This document shows positions 1 through 10,662 of a stretch of DNA of 64,000 bases, piece by piece; positions within the stretch are counted from its first letter, which is position 1; every line of letters begins with the position of its first letter. Position numbers and translations under genes: made by a program. The stretch comes from Desulfatiglandales bacterium. GTDB taxonomy: Bacteria; Desulfobacterota; DSM-4660; Desulfatiglandales; HGW-15. The notes under the pieces were generated by a model. The model made no database searches. It saw only the letters and a program-made list of their open reading frames with translations, and was not told the origin of the DNA. Location of the stretch: the NCBI GenBank assembly GCA_963667015.2, contig CAXXJJ010000001.1:1568001-1632000 (forward strand), written 5' to 3'.

Positions 1-8
1 AAAAGGAT

Positions 9-887
9 GTGCCATATCCGGTAGCAACGGTTCATAATGCAGGTGTTGTCAAATACAATGATACTTACATCATGCTTTTCAGGTCGCATCTCCTGAACGG
101 ACGCTCCATTATCGGAAGGGCAGACAGCAAGGATGGTTTTTCATTTGAGGTTAATCCCGAACCATTTCTCGTGCCATCCAGGGACAATATCTTTGCAGAA
201 TATGAAGAGTTCGGAGTTGAAGACCTCAGGATCTGTCCGGTAGAGGATGAGTACCTGCTGACCTATAGCGCTTATTCCAGACATGGAGTCAGGATTGCCC
301 TGGCACGCACCCGGGATTTTATAAAAGTGGAACGCATCGCACTTATCACCCAGGCCGACCTGCGCAATGTGGTAATTTTCCCTGAAAAGTTCGGGGACAG
401 ATATGTCCGGTTGGACCGGCCTCATTCGGAAATTTCACCATGGTCGATCTGGATATCATATTCTCCTGACCTGGTTCACTGGGGTGATTCACGGGTGATC
501 ATGAAGCCTGTTCCATATCACTGGGATGAGATGAAAATCGGGCCGGGCGCGCCGCCATTTAAAACCGAAAAGGGGTGGCTTCATATTTACCATGGTGTTT
601 TCAAAACCATGTCAGGGACGGTGTACCGCCTCGGCGCGGCCCTGCATGATCTTTATGATCCGGCAAATATCATCGGTGTTTCCGATCAGTGGATTTTGCA
701 GCCTGAAGATCCCTGGGAGGTAAACGGATACGTTCCAAATGTGGTCTTTACATGCGGTGCTGTACCTGAAGATGACGGAACAGTAAAAATATACTGGGGT
801 GGCGCGGATACTGTAATGTGCGTGGGGACTGCGATGATCGATGATCTTATGCAGTTATGCCTGACAAATACCAGGCCGGCGCAGTAA
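9..887 (+). CDS. GH130-family glycosidase/mannoside phosphorylase (may start upstream of the window)
   Basis: Motifs HNAG, GVEDLRI, RNVVIFPEK, KIGPGAPP, GYVPNVVFTCG typical of GH130 five-bladed propellers. Confidence 0.8.
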   Translation: MPYPVATVHNAGVVKYNDTYIMLFRSHLLNGRSIIGRADSKDGFSFEVNPEPFLVPSRDNIFAEYEEFGVEDLRICPVEDEYLLTYSAYSRHGVRIALARTRDFIKVERIALITQADLRNVVIFPEKFGDRYVRLDRPHSEISPWSIWISYSPDLVHWGDSRVIMKPVPYHWDEMKIGPGAPPFKTEKGWLHIYHGVFKTMSGTVYRLGAALHDLYDPANIIGVSDQWILQPEDPWEVNGYVPNVVFTCGAVPEDDGTVKIYWGGADTVMCVGTAMIDDLMQLCLTNTRPAQ

Positions 888-939
888 CAAAGTAAAGAGT
901 CATTCCCGATCCAACTTATCTATCACGGAGCTATAACAG

Positions 940-2415
940 GTGACTGTAAAAACAACGATGCATCCCGGAATAAAACGCCAGAAGAAAAGACTTATCGGAG
1001 ACTCATCACGCGTAATAACCCGCCCTCATATTCCCGAAGGATTGCATCGCATACAAAGAATCATAAAACGTGTAGCTGCTTTGTCCGACATTATGGTCGA
1101 ATATATTCTTGCGCAATTGATGCTTGATTTTTCAGAGCGGCATAAAGACATTAAACGCGTTTTTGAGATGAGTCTGAATGAGGTGGAAAAATTTATACCT
1201 CCGGATATTGTGCTGAGCGATACACAACGAACCCTTGTGGGGGCCTATTTTACCATGGAGTACTCGATTGAATCGGCAGCCCTTTTCAATCCTTCAATTG
1301 TCCTCCATCCTGATCAGAGTCATCTGGACGAAGGCAGCTTACGCTTTATCATGAGCCTGCGGGCAATCGGCGAAGGTCATGTGTCGTCCATAGTATTTCG
1401 CAGCGGCACACTTGACCGGGAAAATACATTTGATTTCGACCCGGTCAGCGAATATGTCGAAAGGCCCGAGGTCCGGCTAAACCCGGTTTACGATCGGCAC
1501 CTCTTCCTTCTGAAACTAAATGAAATGGAGGTTTGTGATGAAGTAACATCATATATCCTTGAGCAGTTACCGGAAGATTTTACCTATTCCGAATTAAAGG
1601 AAAAAATAGACAGGCTTCGGGAACAGAGAGTTTTCCAGGAAGAACGCCAGAACAGAACCTTTGAGATTATAAACTGGCTTGCCAGTTCCAATTATGAGGT
1701 GGACTTTAGACCAGATCACCGGATATCAGAACGAGTGATATTCCCTGTTTCAAAGAATGAAAGTCGTGGAATCGAGGACGCCCGGTTTGTACAATTTTTT
1801 GATGACAACGGAAGTGTTACCTATTACGCGACCTACACTGCCTATAACGGCATTACTATTTTGCCTCAGTTGATTGAAACAAAGGATTTTATCAACTTTA
1901 AGGTTATTACACTCAATGGTAAGGCCGTTAGAAACAAGGGCATGGCCCTTTTTCCCCGTAAAATTGATGGTCGCTATGTTATGCTTTCCAGACAGGATGG
2001 CGAAAATAATCATATCATGTTCTCGGACAATATTCATTTCTGGCAGGAATCGAAGGTCATCCAGGAACCGGAACGATATTGGGAATTTTTTCAGGTCGGC
2101 AACTGCGGATCTCCTCTGGAAACCGATCAGGGCTGGATCGTACTCACCCATGGTGTAGGCCCCATGCGCCAGTATTGCATCGGCGCCATGCTGCTTGATC
2201 TTGAAAAACCTTCAAAAATTATTGCCCGGCTGGAAAAACCGCTACTGGCTCCCGGTGAGGAAGAACGTGATGGATATGTCCCAAATGTTGTGTATACATG
2301 CGGAGCGATCTTCCACAATGAGGATCTTGTCATTCCATATGGGATGTCAGATATCGCATCGGGTCTGGCAACTGTCAATGTTAAAGAACTGCTTGACTGC
2401 ATGAGCCGGGTTTAA
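940..2415 (+). CDS. GH130-family glycosidase, long form
   Basis: ESAALFNPS, GIEDARFV, NKGMALFPRK, GNCGSP, GYVPNVVYTCG motifs. Confidence 0.8.
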   Translation: MTVKTTMHPGIKRQKKRLIGDSSRVITRPHIPEGLHRIQRIIKRVAALSDIMVEYILAQLMLDFSERHKDIKRVFEMSLNEVEKFIPPDIVLSDTQRTLVGAYFTMEYSIESAALFNPSIVLHPDQSHLDEGSLRFIMSLRAIGEGHVSSIVFRSGTLDRENTFDFDPVSEYVERPEVRLNPVYDRHLFLLKLNEMEVCDEVTSYILEQLPEDFTYSELKEKIDRLREQRVFQEERQNRTFEIINWLASSNYEVDFRPDHRISERVIFPVSKNESRGIEDARFVQFFDDNGSVTYYATYTAYNGITILPQLIETKDFINFKVITLNGKAVRNKGMALFPRKIDGRYVMLSRQDGENNHIMFSDNIHFWQESKVIQEPERYWEFFQVGNCGSPLETDQGWIVLTHGVGPMRQYCIGAMLLDLEKPSKIIARLEKPLLAPGEEERDGYVPNVVYTCGAIFHNEDLVIPYGMSDIASGLATVNVKELLDCMSRV

Positions 2416-2427
2416 GGAATTAATAAA

Positions 2428-4212
2428 TTGAACAGTTACTATAGAAATCTCGGGATATTGATTCTCATTGCTTTCACATTATTTATGATGGTTCGTGAAT
2501 TTCAAACAAGGGATAAGGTCCCTGTGATGGCTTACAGTGAGTTTTTGAATATGGCTGAGAGCGGTCGGGTTACTGAGATCCTTATACAGGGGTATAATAT
2601 ATCAGGTTCAACTGTCGGGGGACCTTTTAAGACCTATGCTCCGAAAGATCCCGATATGATTGAAAGGATTAGAAACAAAGGAGTTACAATATCCGTTGAA
2701 CCGGAAAAAGGCTTCTCATTGTTTCAGATGTTTATATCCTGGATACCAATGCTTTTGCTGGTAGGAATATGGATATTCTATGTGCGCAGGATGCAGGGTG
2801 GCGGAGGCAAGGTAATGTCCTTTGGGAAAAGCCGTGCGAAACAGATGTCTGATTCCAGTGAAAAAGTCACATTTCAAAATGTAGCGGGAATTGATGAAGC
2901 AAAAGAAGAATTAGAGGAGATTGTAGAATTTCTCCGGTCTCCTGATAAATTTACCAGGCTGGGCGGAAGGATACCAAAGGGGGTCCTTCTTGTCGGGCCT
3001 CCGGGTACAGGAAAAACCTTGCTGGCAAAGGCCATAGCCGGAGAAGCGGATGTTCCTTTTTTCAGTATAAGCGGATCGGATTTTGTTGAGATGTTTGTAG
3101 GTGTTGGCGCTTCAAGGGTCAGAGACCTCTTTATGCAGGCCAAGAAAAATGCCCCCTGCATTATATTTATAGATGAGATGGATGCGGTCGGCCGCAGGAG
3201 AGGCGCAGGTCTGGGGGGCGGGCACGATGAAAAAGAACAGACATTAAATCAGCTTCTCGTTGAGATGGACGGTTTTGAATCGAATGAGGGCGTAATACTT
3301 ATTGCGGCCACAAACAGGCCCGATGTGCTGGATCCTGCACTGTTGAGGCCGGGGCGGTTTGACAGGCAGGTGGTTGTTCCTGTTCCTGATATATCCGGCA
3401 GGATCGGAATACTGAAAGTACATTCCAGAAAAACACCTCTGTCTGACAATGTTGATATCGGGGTCATTGCAAGGGGAACACCCGGATTTACAGGTGCTGA
3501 CATTGAAAACATGGTTAATGAGGCCGCTCTGATGGCCGCCCGGTTCGGAAAAGAAAGCCTGGAAATGGTTGATTTTGAGGACGCCAGGGATAAGGTCATG
3601 ATGGGATCTGCCCGCAAAAGCATGATTATAAGTGATTTTGATAGAAAAACGACCGCCTATCATGAAGCAGGGCATGCCCTTTTGGCAATGCTTATTCCCA
3701 ATGCCGACCCAATACACAAAGTTACAATTATTCCCCGGGGCAGGAGTCTTGGACTTACGCAGCAACTGCCCATGGATGAAAAACACATTTACCCCATTGA
3801 TTATTTGGAGGGGATTATATGTGTATCAATGGGCAGCAGGGTGGCCGAGGAGATTGTACTGAATATTCAGACTACCGGGACCGAGAACGATATTGTAAAA
3901 GCGTCTGACCTGGCCAGAAAGATGGTCTGTGAGTATGGTATGAGTAACGGCCTGGGACCTCTCACTTTCGGCAAGAGGGCGGCACCAATATTCCTTGGCA
4001 GGGAAGTCACCCAGAAAAGGGATTACAGTGAATTAACCGCAAAATTGATCGATGAAGAGATCAGAAATATAGTAGGCAAAGCATACAAAAAAGCCTCACA
4101 GCTTATCAATGATAATATGGAGGCTCTTAACAGGATTGCAGATGCCCTTCTGGAAAAGGAAACTTTGAACCGTGGCGAGATTGATGAATTAATGACCGGC
4201 AGTCCTGAATAA
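2428..4212 (+). CDS. ftsH: ATP-dependent zinc metalloprotease FtsH
   Basis: Two N-terminal TM segments, Walker A GPPGTGKT, Walker [20 protein letters not shown], zinc motif HEAGH. Confidence 0.95.
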   Translation: MNSYYRNLGILILIAFTLFMMVREFQTRDKVPVMAYSEFLNMAESGRVTEILIQGYNISGSTVGGPFKTYAPKDPDMIERIRNKGVTISVEPEKGFSLFQMFISWIPMLLLVGIWIFYVRRMQGGGGKVMSFGKSRAKQMSDSSEKVTFQNVAGIDEAKEELEEIVEFLRSPDKFTRLGGRIPKGVLLVGPPGTGKTLLAKAIAGEADVPFFSISGSDFVEMFVGVGASRVRDLFMQAKKNAPCIIFIDEMDAVGRRRGAGLGGGHDEKEQTLNQLLVEMDGFESNEGVILIAATNRPDVLDPALLRPGRFDRQVVVPVPDISGRIGILKVHSRKTPLSDNVDIGVIARGTPGFTGADIENMVNEAALMAARFGKESLEMVDFEDARDKVMMGSARKSMIISDFDRKTTAYHEAGHALLAMLIPNADPIHKVTIIPRGRSLGLTQQLPMDEKHIYPIDYLEGIICVSMGSRVAEEIVLNIQTTGTENDIVKASDLARKMVCEYGMSNGLGPLTFGKRAAPIFLGREVTQKRDYSELTAKLIDEEIRNIVGKAYKKASQLINDNMEALNRIADALLEKETLNRGEIDELMTGSPE

Positions 4213-4234
4213 TATTAGTAACAGGGTGACAATT

Positions 4235-4405
4235 TTGGCAAATCTTATGACAACCAGAGAAATAGCAGAGTACTTGAAATTACATGAAATAACAATATGC
4301 AAATTATCCAAGGAGGGAAAGATCCCTGCAGTCAGGATAGGGGGTGTCTGGAGATTTGATAAGGATAAGATTGATGACTGGATAGCCGGGATTTTAAAGT
4401 ATTAA
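4235..4405 (+). CDS. Small HTH_17 (excisionase/BldC-like) DNA-binding protein, 56 aa, not in the ORF track
   Basis: TTG start after AGGGTG; my translation MANLMTTREIAEYLKLHEITICKLSKEGKIPAVRIGGVWRFDKDKIDDWIAGILKY fits the HTH_17 pattern. Confidence 0.85.
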   Translation: MANLMTTREIAEYLKLHEITICKLSKEGKIPAVRIGGVWRFDKDKIDDWIAGILKY

Positions 4406-4596
4406 AAAAAAGGCAGCATCGGTCCTGGGGAAAAGACGATAAATGATGCTGATAGAATAGGGAGAGTCTCTGATGGATAAAACTGTCCGGCAGGCAAAAC
4501 ACGGAACAGCCAATATGCTGTTCCTATAACTATCTATATGATCATAAATATTATGAGATCCTTGACTGAAAACGATTATATGACAGGAGAGAACAT

Positions 4597-4815
4597 ATGC
4601 CCTCAATAAAACAGCTTCAAAGCCGTCTGCAGAACAAAAAGGACAGTCTGAACAAAGTCACTTCAAATATCGCTCAGGCCTCCAGCGGCAAAGACAGAGA
4701 GATTTTAAGAAGGTTTAAGCAGGAAAAGGATTCATTGGGCAGAGATATCAGAAACCTCGAAAGACAGCTGGTCACAATGGAAAATGAAGTCAGGAGAAGA
4801 AGTATCTACAACTGA
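4597..4815 (+). CDS. Small coiled-coil hypothetical protein
   Basis: AGGAG RBS, 72 aa with heptad-like charged pattern. Confidence 0.55.
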   Translation: MPSIKQLQSRLQNKKDSLNKVTSNIAQASSGKDREILRRFKQEKDSLGRDIRNLERQLVTMENEVRRRSIYN

Positions 4816-4879
4816 CATAAAGAGAGAAAAACCATATCAGACCGAAAGCTTAAAACTTAACCTGTTAAAAGGAGAATAA

Positions 4880-5290
4880 ATGACTAATTTTCAATTATGT
4901 GCTACCTTTGATCTTTTTCCGGGCAGCACTCAGTTTTTATCAAGTTTTTCGTTCGCCGGATTCAACTTTACGATACTTGGATCGAATCCGAAGGTTTCCA
5001 TCAGTGTCAATGGTAATGGTAAAGGTCTGAGGTTTCCCAATAACGGCATTGACATTGTTCTGCCGGTTCCCGTTACCACGGTTAACCTGAGAGTAGGGTC
5101 ATTTGGTGGTCCTGTGGATATCTCTGCGGCAGACAGTGCAGGAAGTGTTGTGCGCAAAAAAACTATTTCCGAGCAAAAAGACTATATTAATGTTCGATTA
5201 TCCGCCCCTGAGATTGCATCTCTTCTCCTGACCGGTGGTCGGGACGAGGCAATTCTGGAAAATATCTGTGTATCTGTTTCATCCTGTTAA
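4880..5290 (+). CDS. Hypothetical beta-rich protein
   Basis: AAGGAG RBS, 136 aa ORF; no family recognised. Confidence 0.55.
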   Translation: MTNFQLCATFDLFPGSTQFLSSFSFAGFNFTILGSNPKVSISVNGNGKGLRFPNNGIDIVLPVPVTTVNLRVGSFGGPVDISAADSAGSVVRKKTISEQKDYINVRLSAPEIASLLLTGGRDEAILENICVSVSSC

Positions 5291-5367
5291 TTTAAGGTTC
5301 ACACTTAAGCGAACCGGATAAGAATCAATCAATTCAGTTATTAGCGTTTTACAGATAAGGGGACATA

Positions 5368-5649
5368 ATGAAAAAAGAAGATATAGTAAACGAAGTGGCA
5401 AAGATTGTCGGTACAAAAAATAAGGCACAGATTGTGGTAAATTCTATTTTATCTCAGATAAAAGATGCCCTGCAAAGGAAAGAGATATTCAGTATCTCAG
5501 GTTTTGGTTCATTTAAAGTGGCACAGAGAAAGGCCAGGATGGGAATAAATCCCAGAACCGGTGAAACCATGAAGTTTAAGGCCGTTAATGTGCCCAAATT
5601 CTCAGCGGGGAAAATGTTAAAGGGAGTTGTGAATGACATCAGGGATTAG
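5368..5649 (+). CDS. hup: HU/IHF-family DNA-binding protein
   Basis: GFGSF...RKARMGINPRTGE...VPKFSAGK signature. Confidence 0.9.
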   Translation: MKKEDIVNEVAKIVGTKNKAQIVVNSILSQIKDALQRKEIFSISGFGSFKVAQRKARMGINPRTGETMKFKAVNVPKFSAGKMLKGVVNDIRD

Positions 5650-5691
5650 GCAATAGAAATATTTTATATTAAATCTTTAGTGGAGAGAAAT

Positions 5692-5922
5692 ATGGCAAAA
5701 GGACGAGGAAGAGATTATTTTTGCAACCTTGTATCAGAGAATGTTGAAATCACTTTAGTGAATAAACGCGAGGTTGGAATGAAATATAAAAAGAATCTGT
5801 TTGTGCGGTGCAATCAGACTGATTGCCAGTATGTAGAGCTTAACGAGGAACCCTGTCCTCTGACCATTGAGCTTTTCGCCGATGAGATCGAAAGGCGTGA
5901 AGCAATGCACAGGGACAGATAA
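5692..5922 (+). CDS. Small Cys-containing hypothetical protein
   Basis: GGAG RBS before ATG 5692; four Cys, possible metal binding. Confidence 0.55.
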   Translation: MAKGRGRDYFCNLVSENVEITLVNKREVGMKYKKNLFVRCNQTDCQYVELNEEPCPLTIELFADEIERREAMHRDR

Positions 5923-6014
5923 ATTGTTTTGAATTCAGCAAAACCTGCTAAGTCAGGGTAATGCTGACAATGGTGGGAAGATAGAAATATGTATGTCATT
6001 TAACTTCTATCTTT

Positions 6015-8090
6015 TCAGTTTTTATTCTTTACATATTCCAGTATGCCCCGGACTACCTTTTCCGCGTCCCTGTGTCGTAACTCCTCAAAACGCAGTGCCC
6101 ATGCATGATCCGTGTAGGCGAGATTTCTCAGTTCGAACAACACCTTTATTGAAGCGGGATTATTTCTGAGTACACCCAGGTTCTGGCCCCGGGTATAGGC
6201 CCCGGCCCCTAGCGCAGGCAGCATGTCTTTGGCAAAGTTTCTGGATGCACTGTCTATACTTCCCCTTCTGGACCTGTAATAGAGTACAAGGGGTGCTTCA
6301 GGCATATTGGGGTCTACATCTGCATGAAAGGAGAGGAATATTGTGCGGTTTTTGGAAACCCCTTTAAAAGCCTTTTTTGAAATTTCCACCCTGGTGTAGA
6401 GGTTTCCATTTCTTCCCCCATTAGGCCAGTCCTTCCTGTTATTGCTCCTGTTATGCTCATAGCTGTTGTAGACCTCATTTTTCTCATTAACAAAGGTTTT
6501 GGATGGGGGAGAAGAGCCCCGTATGAGATGATCAGGACTCAGAATGGTCATGGTAACCTCTGCCGAGTGAAGTCGCAGCAGGACATAAACCCGCAATGCC
6601 ATGTCATATGCATATTCATCCTCGACCAGGTAGATACTTTTCCCCGAGTCATCATTTACCTGTACAATGGCGCCCGGGTCCTGGCCGCCATGTCCAGGGT
6701 CCAGGACAAAATGCCACCCCTTGAGATCATTGCTAAGGCGGCCAACTCTTTCCAGTTCATAGTTAAGCGCACTGAGAAGGGCAGTGCCCCTCTTATAGGC
6801 CGTAAGGGGAGTCAGTGTCGGAGACTCAAAATAGTTTCTGTGTTTCTGGAATGAAGCTTTTGGCTGAGAATGATAATATGGGCCGTTTCCGGCAGGTATG
6901 CTTTTTACGTTGTTGCGGGGATTAATAAGTGTTTCCCAGTTGATCTCACTTATCTTAATCCATTCTTTTCCCTTGCGCAGTATGGGTTTTACCTTTAACA
7001 CTTCTCCCGGATGTATAACAGATTTGCTGAGGTTGTTGATTTTCATCAGTTCCTGTAAATCCATCTGATGCAAACGGGCTATACTGTTCAGGTAGTCACC
7101 GGGTTTTACCCTGTAGCGGTCATAGGTTTCTGATTTTTCAACACTCAGTTTCAGTTCCTGCCCGGGGTAGATGCGGTCTGTTGTGAGCCCGTTAAGCTCC
7201 TTTATCTCGTCCACGGACATTCCATAGGCCTGTGCGATCTCCCATAATGCGTCCCCGCGTTCTACCATGTGAATGCCGGTTTGTGAAGCCTTGATACGAA
7301 GCTTCTGCCCTACCAGTATCTTGCTTCCCTTTATCCCGTTTAGTTTTTGCAGGGTTGATATCTTGATATTATATTTCTGCGCTATTTCGGTCAGGGTGTC
7401 TCCCTTGCGGACCACATGTGTCGCTTCATCCAGTGACGTGGGTTTAAGCTGCAGCCTTTGGCCGGGGTAGATATTTTCCCCGTCAATGTTATTTAACTGG
7501 CGCAGAAGGTCGAGACCAACATTAAATTTGCGGGCAATGGAATAGAGGTTGTCACCCTTTTTAACAACATACTCGAACTGGGCCTCTTCCTCCTCTCCTT
7601 CCTCGGAATCTTCTACAACTATCAGTTTCATGCCCGGATAAATTACATCACTTTTAAGATCATTAAGCTCTTTAAGAGTCCGGATACTCAGTTCGTATTG
7701 TCTGGAAATATCAGAGAGGGTGTCCCCTTTTCTTACAATGCATGTTTTGCCATCAGAGGTTAAAGCCGGACGAAGTCTCAGTTTCTGGCCGGGATAGATC
7801 CTGTCCCCTGAAAGATTGTTTAATCTTCTAAGAGAATTTGTAGAGACATGATACCTTCGGGCTATTTCAATCAGCGTATCCCCGCTCTGTACCCTGTGTA
7901 TGACAGGCTGGTCTGTATCTTCTGCGTGGCAGTCCGGCGGAAGGATCGGGATAATACCAAGGGCTGATGCTGTAAAAAAACAGATCAGCAGGCAGGAAAA
8001 AGATCTGCGGAGTGCAGACCGGTTATGTTTAAATGAAAATCTATTTGAAAGCATAGGTAATATACTTAAGGGATTAATTTTAATGAACAT
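6015..8090 (-). CDS. LysM-repeat N-acetylmuramoyl-L-alanine amidase (Amidase_3)
   Basis: Six LysM repeats (V..GD.L..IA); LDPGHGG, SFHAD and FELRN amidase motifs; N-terminal hydrophobic segment. Confidence 0.85.
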   Translation of the reverse strand: MFIKINPLSILPMLSNRFSFKHNRSALRRSFSCLLICFFTASALGIIPILPPDCHAEDTDQPVIHRVQSGDTLIEIARRYHVSTNSLRRLNNLSGDRIYPGQKLRLRPALTSDGKTCIVRKGDTLSDISRQYELSIRTLKELNDLKSDVIYPGMKLIVVEDSEEGEEEEAQFEYVVKKGDNLYSIARKFNVGLDLLRQLNNIDGENIYPGQRLQLKPTSLDEATHVVRKGDTLTEIAQKYNIKISTLQKLNGIKGSKILVGQKLRIKASQTGIHMVERGDALWEIAQAYGMSVDEIKELNGLTTDRIYPGQELKLSVEKSETYDRYRVKPGDYLNSIARLHQMDLQELMKINNLSKSVIHPGEVLKVKPILRKGKEWIKISEINWETLINPRNNVKSIPAGNGPYYHSQPKASFQKHRNYFESPTLTPLTAYKRGTALLSALNYELERVGRLSNDLKGWHFVLDPGHGGQDPGAIVQVNDDSGKSIYLVEDEYAYDMALRVYVLLRLHSAEVTMTILSPDHLIRGSSPPSKTFVNEKNEVYNSYEHNRSNNRKDWPNGGRNGNLYTRVEISKKAFKGVSKNRTIFLSFHADVDPNMPEAPLVLYYRSRRGSIDSASRNFAKDMLPALGAGAYTRGQNLGVLRNNPASIKVLFELRNLAYTDHAWALRFEELRHRDAEKVVRGILEYVKNKN

Positions 8091-8159
8091 TCCCTTTTGG
8101 GGATTGGAGTATATTGGCTTGTATGTAGTATGTCAATGGTAAATCATCCCCTGGTAAAC

Positions 8160-8495
8160 CTAAAATATCCATCTGAGTATGGAATCCACGATGGTTATTA
8201 AAAATGCCGCAAACAGGGTTGTACCAATGCCGTCAATTTCAAAATCCTCCATCATCTTGTCCGTTATCAGGAGTAAAAAACCATTGATAACAAACTTGAA
8301 CAGTCCAAAGGTAAGAATTAAAAAGGGCAGGGATAAAAATATCAGCAGCCAGCCAATGAGATAATTGATAAGGCTGTATACTACAGCTACAATAACAGCG
8401 GTTCCGAAATTTTTAAGTCGGATTCCCGGTAACAGTTGTGCAACCAGAAAGACAGCAACGCTAAGCAGCAATATATTCCACAAAATATTAATCAT
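8160..8495 (-). CDS. YvlD/DUF360 4-TM (phage holin family) membrane protein
   Basis: LPGI.., LSLPF.ILTFGLF.FVING, FEIDG motifs. Confidence 0.8.
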   Translation of the reverse strand: MINILWNILLLSVAVFLVAQLLPGIRLKNFGTAVIVAVVYSLINYLIGWLLIFLSLPFLILTFGLFKFVINGFLLLITDKMMEDFEIDGIGTTLFAAFLITIVDSILRWIF

Positions 8496-8536
8496 TTTTT
8501 TCTCCCACGAAAATCAAGTAAGTGACATAAAGTAAG

Positions 8537-8594
8537 AGCAGGAATCATACCAAAATAGATAAATAAGGTATTTGATTTAAATATCAAGGAGTTA
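8537..8594 (-). promoter_or_regulatory. Putative sigma54 promoter with IHF site for the yvlD-like gene
   Basis: Minus strand TGGTATGATTCCTGCT (GG-N10-GC) at 8537-8552; TATCAAggagTTA at 8582-8594 matches IHF consensus WATCAANNNNTTR. Confidence 0.55.
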
Positions 8595-8731
8595 ACTTGA
8601 AAAAAGATTTTTTGTGCTAAAGTAAAAATAGCCTTTGGAGAGTCTGTTTAACCTAAGGTTGGTTTTGTAAACCATCTTATAAGATACCTTGTCCTGAATA
8701 GAAATCCTCCAAAATGGTCAATATATTTTAA

Positions 8732-10525
8732 TTACTCTTCGGGTATTCCCAGCACACGAAGAGATTCGATTTTATAGTCAAGAAGTTCCTTGTCCTTTTG
8801 TACCCTCATAAAGGATTCATAAACTTTAAGAGTAAAATTTGGCATGATGCGAAGTACTTCGGATGCGTGATATCGGGCCTTATCCATTTCACCATCAGTA
8901 GAATAGACTCCTGCCAGCATGCAGTGTGCGCCAAAACTGTTCGGATCAATTTTTAAGGCCTTTTGACCATAGTCTTTTGCTTTCTCATGATCAAAGAGTT
9001 TATTTCTGAATGGAACAGAATAGACTGCCCCCAGGTATACATAAAAATCAACATCAGGGTAGGGATCAAGCCGTATAGCCCGTTCTATATGCTGTATCGC
9101 CTTCTCATAATCTCCCAGCAAATAGATGAAGTAACCGAGATAATACTGAGCATGCGCACTGTTAGGATCCATTTTAACCCAAGCTTCAAGATGGGTTATG
9201 GCTGATTCATATTTTTCTTTTATAAGATCAATATAGGCGTAGAGCAGTCTCGTATGACCATATGATTTGTCCAGTTCAAATGCCTTATCTGCATATTCTT
9301 CCGCCAGTCTTAAAGAATCTTCGGGTGATTCGCTTCTATTATATAGGATTCTATTAACATGATAGATGCCCACCCCGTAGTAACCCTCGGGTTCATCAGG
9401 CGCAATCTTTATCAGCTTTTCTGCTGACTGTTTCGCCATATCATAATTTTTTTCCTGCAGATACCTGAGCATGTCAAGCCACTCTTCATAGTAGTGAGTA
9501 TCTTTACCCAGATAACGCCTGACAACATCTCCGTCTATTAGTTTAATTCGTAATTCTACGGATATTTGAGTGGTAATTTCAGATTGAAGGGAAAATACAT
9601 CATCCATTTCACGGTCATATCGTTCTGACCATATCTGGTAACCCTTGAGAGTATCAATCAGTTGAACAGTAACTCTCACCCTGTTTCCCTGGGTCCTTAC
9701 GCTTCCTTCAAGGATATAGCGGACACCAAGTTCCTCACTTACCTGCTGGGCTTTCACCGACTTGCCTTTGTATGAAAAAGATGAGTTGCGTGCGATTACA
9801 AAAAGCTCGGGATTTTTTGAAAGACCTGTAATTATCTCCTCTGTAAGGCCGTCACAAAAGAATTCCTGCTCCGGATCTCCGCTCAAATTGTCAAAGGGCA
9901 TGACCGCGATTGAAGGTTTTGCAGGCAAGGGATATGCCATCCTGTCAAAGGATGCTCTTTCCAGGGATTTTTCTTTTGATTCTTTTTTACTGGGATCTTT
10001 TTCCAATATTACCTTGTAGACCCTGATGGGTTCATCCAGATTTTTCAGGTAGTGCTCACCAAGGTAATCATACTGGACATCAACCTTCCTTTTTACCTGG
10101 TCGTATACAGAGCGTGATATGCAGATTCCGCCGGGTTCGGCAAGAGATTCTATTCTTGCCGCGGCGTTTACACCGTCTCCGTAGATGCTGTTATCCTTGA
10201 TTATCACATCTCCCAGATTAAGGCCTATCCTGAATTCCATGCGTCTGTTTTCAGGCAGGCCGACATATTTGGATTTAAGCTCCTGCTGTATCTGTACCGC
10301 ACATTCAACCGCATTTACTGCACTGCTGAATTCAGCAAGAAGATTGTCTCCCGGTGCATCTACTACACGGCCGTTATATTCCTCAATGAGTCTGGTAAAC
10401 AGTGATTTATTATCTTCAAGGTTCCTAATGGTCCAATCTTCATTAGTTTCCATATGGCGGCTGTACCCAACAACATCAGCAATGAAAATTCCACTGAGTT
10501 TACGTTCGGCACGTTCCTGGTTCAT
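8732..10525 (-). CDS. Class III adenylate/guanylate cyclase with TolB-like and TPR domains
   Basis: IFIADVVGYS, GDNLL, GDGVNAAARIE; PSIAVMPFDNLSGDPEQEFF; C-terminal TPRs; start ATG 10525 preferred. Confidence 0.85.
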   Translation of the reverse strand: MNQERAERKLSGIFIADVVGYSRHMETNEDWTIRNLEDNKSLFTRLIEEYNGRVVDAPGDNLLAEFSSAVNAVECAVQIQQELKSKYVGLPENRRMEFRIGLNLGDVIIKDNSIYGDGVNAAARIESLAEPGGICISRSVYDQVKRKVDVQYDYLGEHYLKNLDEPIRVYKVILEKDPSKKESKEKSLERASFDRMAYPLPAKPSIAVMPFDNLSGDPEQEFFCDGLTEEIITGLSKNPELFVIARNSSFSYKGKSVKAQQVSEELGVRYILEGSVRTQGNRVRVTVQLIDTLKGYQIWSERYDREMDDVFSLQSEITTQISVELRIKLIDGDVVRRYLGKDTHYYEEWLDMLRYLQEKNYDMAKQSAEKLIKIAPDEPEGYYGVGIYHVNRILYNRSESPEDSLRLAEEYADKAFELDKSYGHTRLLYAYIDLIKEKYESAITHLEAWVKMDPNSAHAQYYLGYFIYLLGDYEKAIQHIERAIRLDPYPDVDFYVYLGAVYSVPFRNKLFDHEKAKDYGQKALKIDPNSFGAHCMLAGVYSTDGEMDKARYHASEVLRIMPNFTLKVYESFMRVQKDKELLDYKIESLRVLGIPEE

Positions 10526-10662
10526 TAAGATTCCTTTCCATAAAAAATAAATCTGCAATAAAAATGATTTATAGAAGACAATTAAATCAGTCCTGATGGT
10601 AAATATACTGAATAGTGCTAAATATTATCCTATTGAATAAAACATGTCAAAGTATGATTATG

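Noticed and set aside
5935..5967. Hairpin TCAGCA-aaa-CCTG...CAGG-gtaa-TGCTGA as a c-di-GMP riboswitch
   Set aside because: Lacks the GNRA loop and second stem, and lies between convergent gene ends; more likely a terminator
8160..8495. Holin plus amidase as a prophage lysis cassette
   Set aside because: YvlD/DUF360 and LysM amidases are common chromosomal genes; no phage genes around
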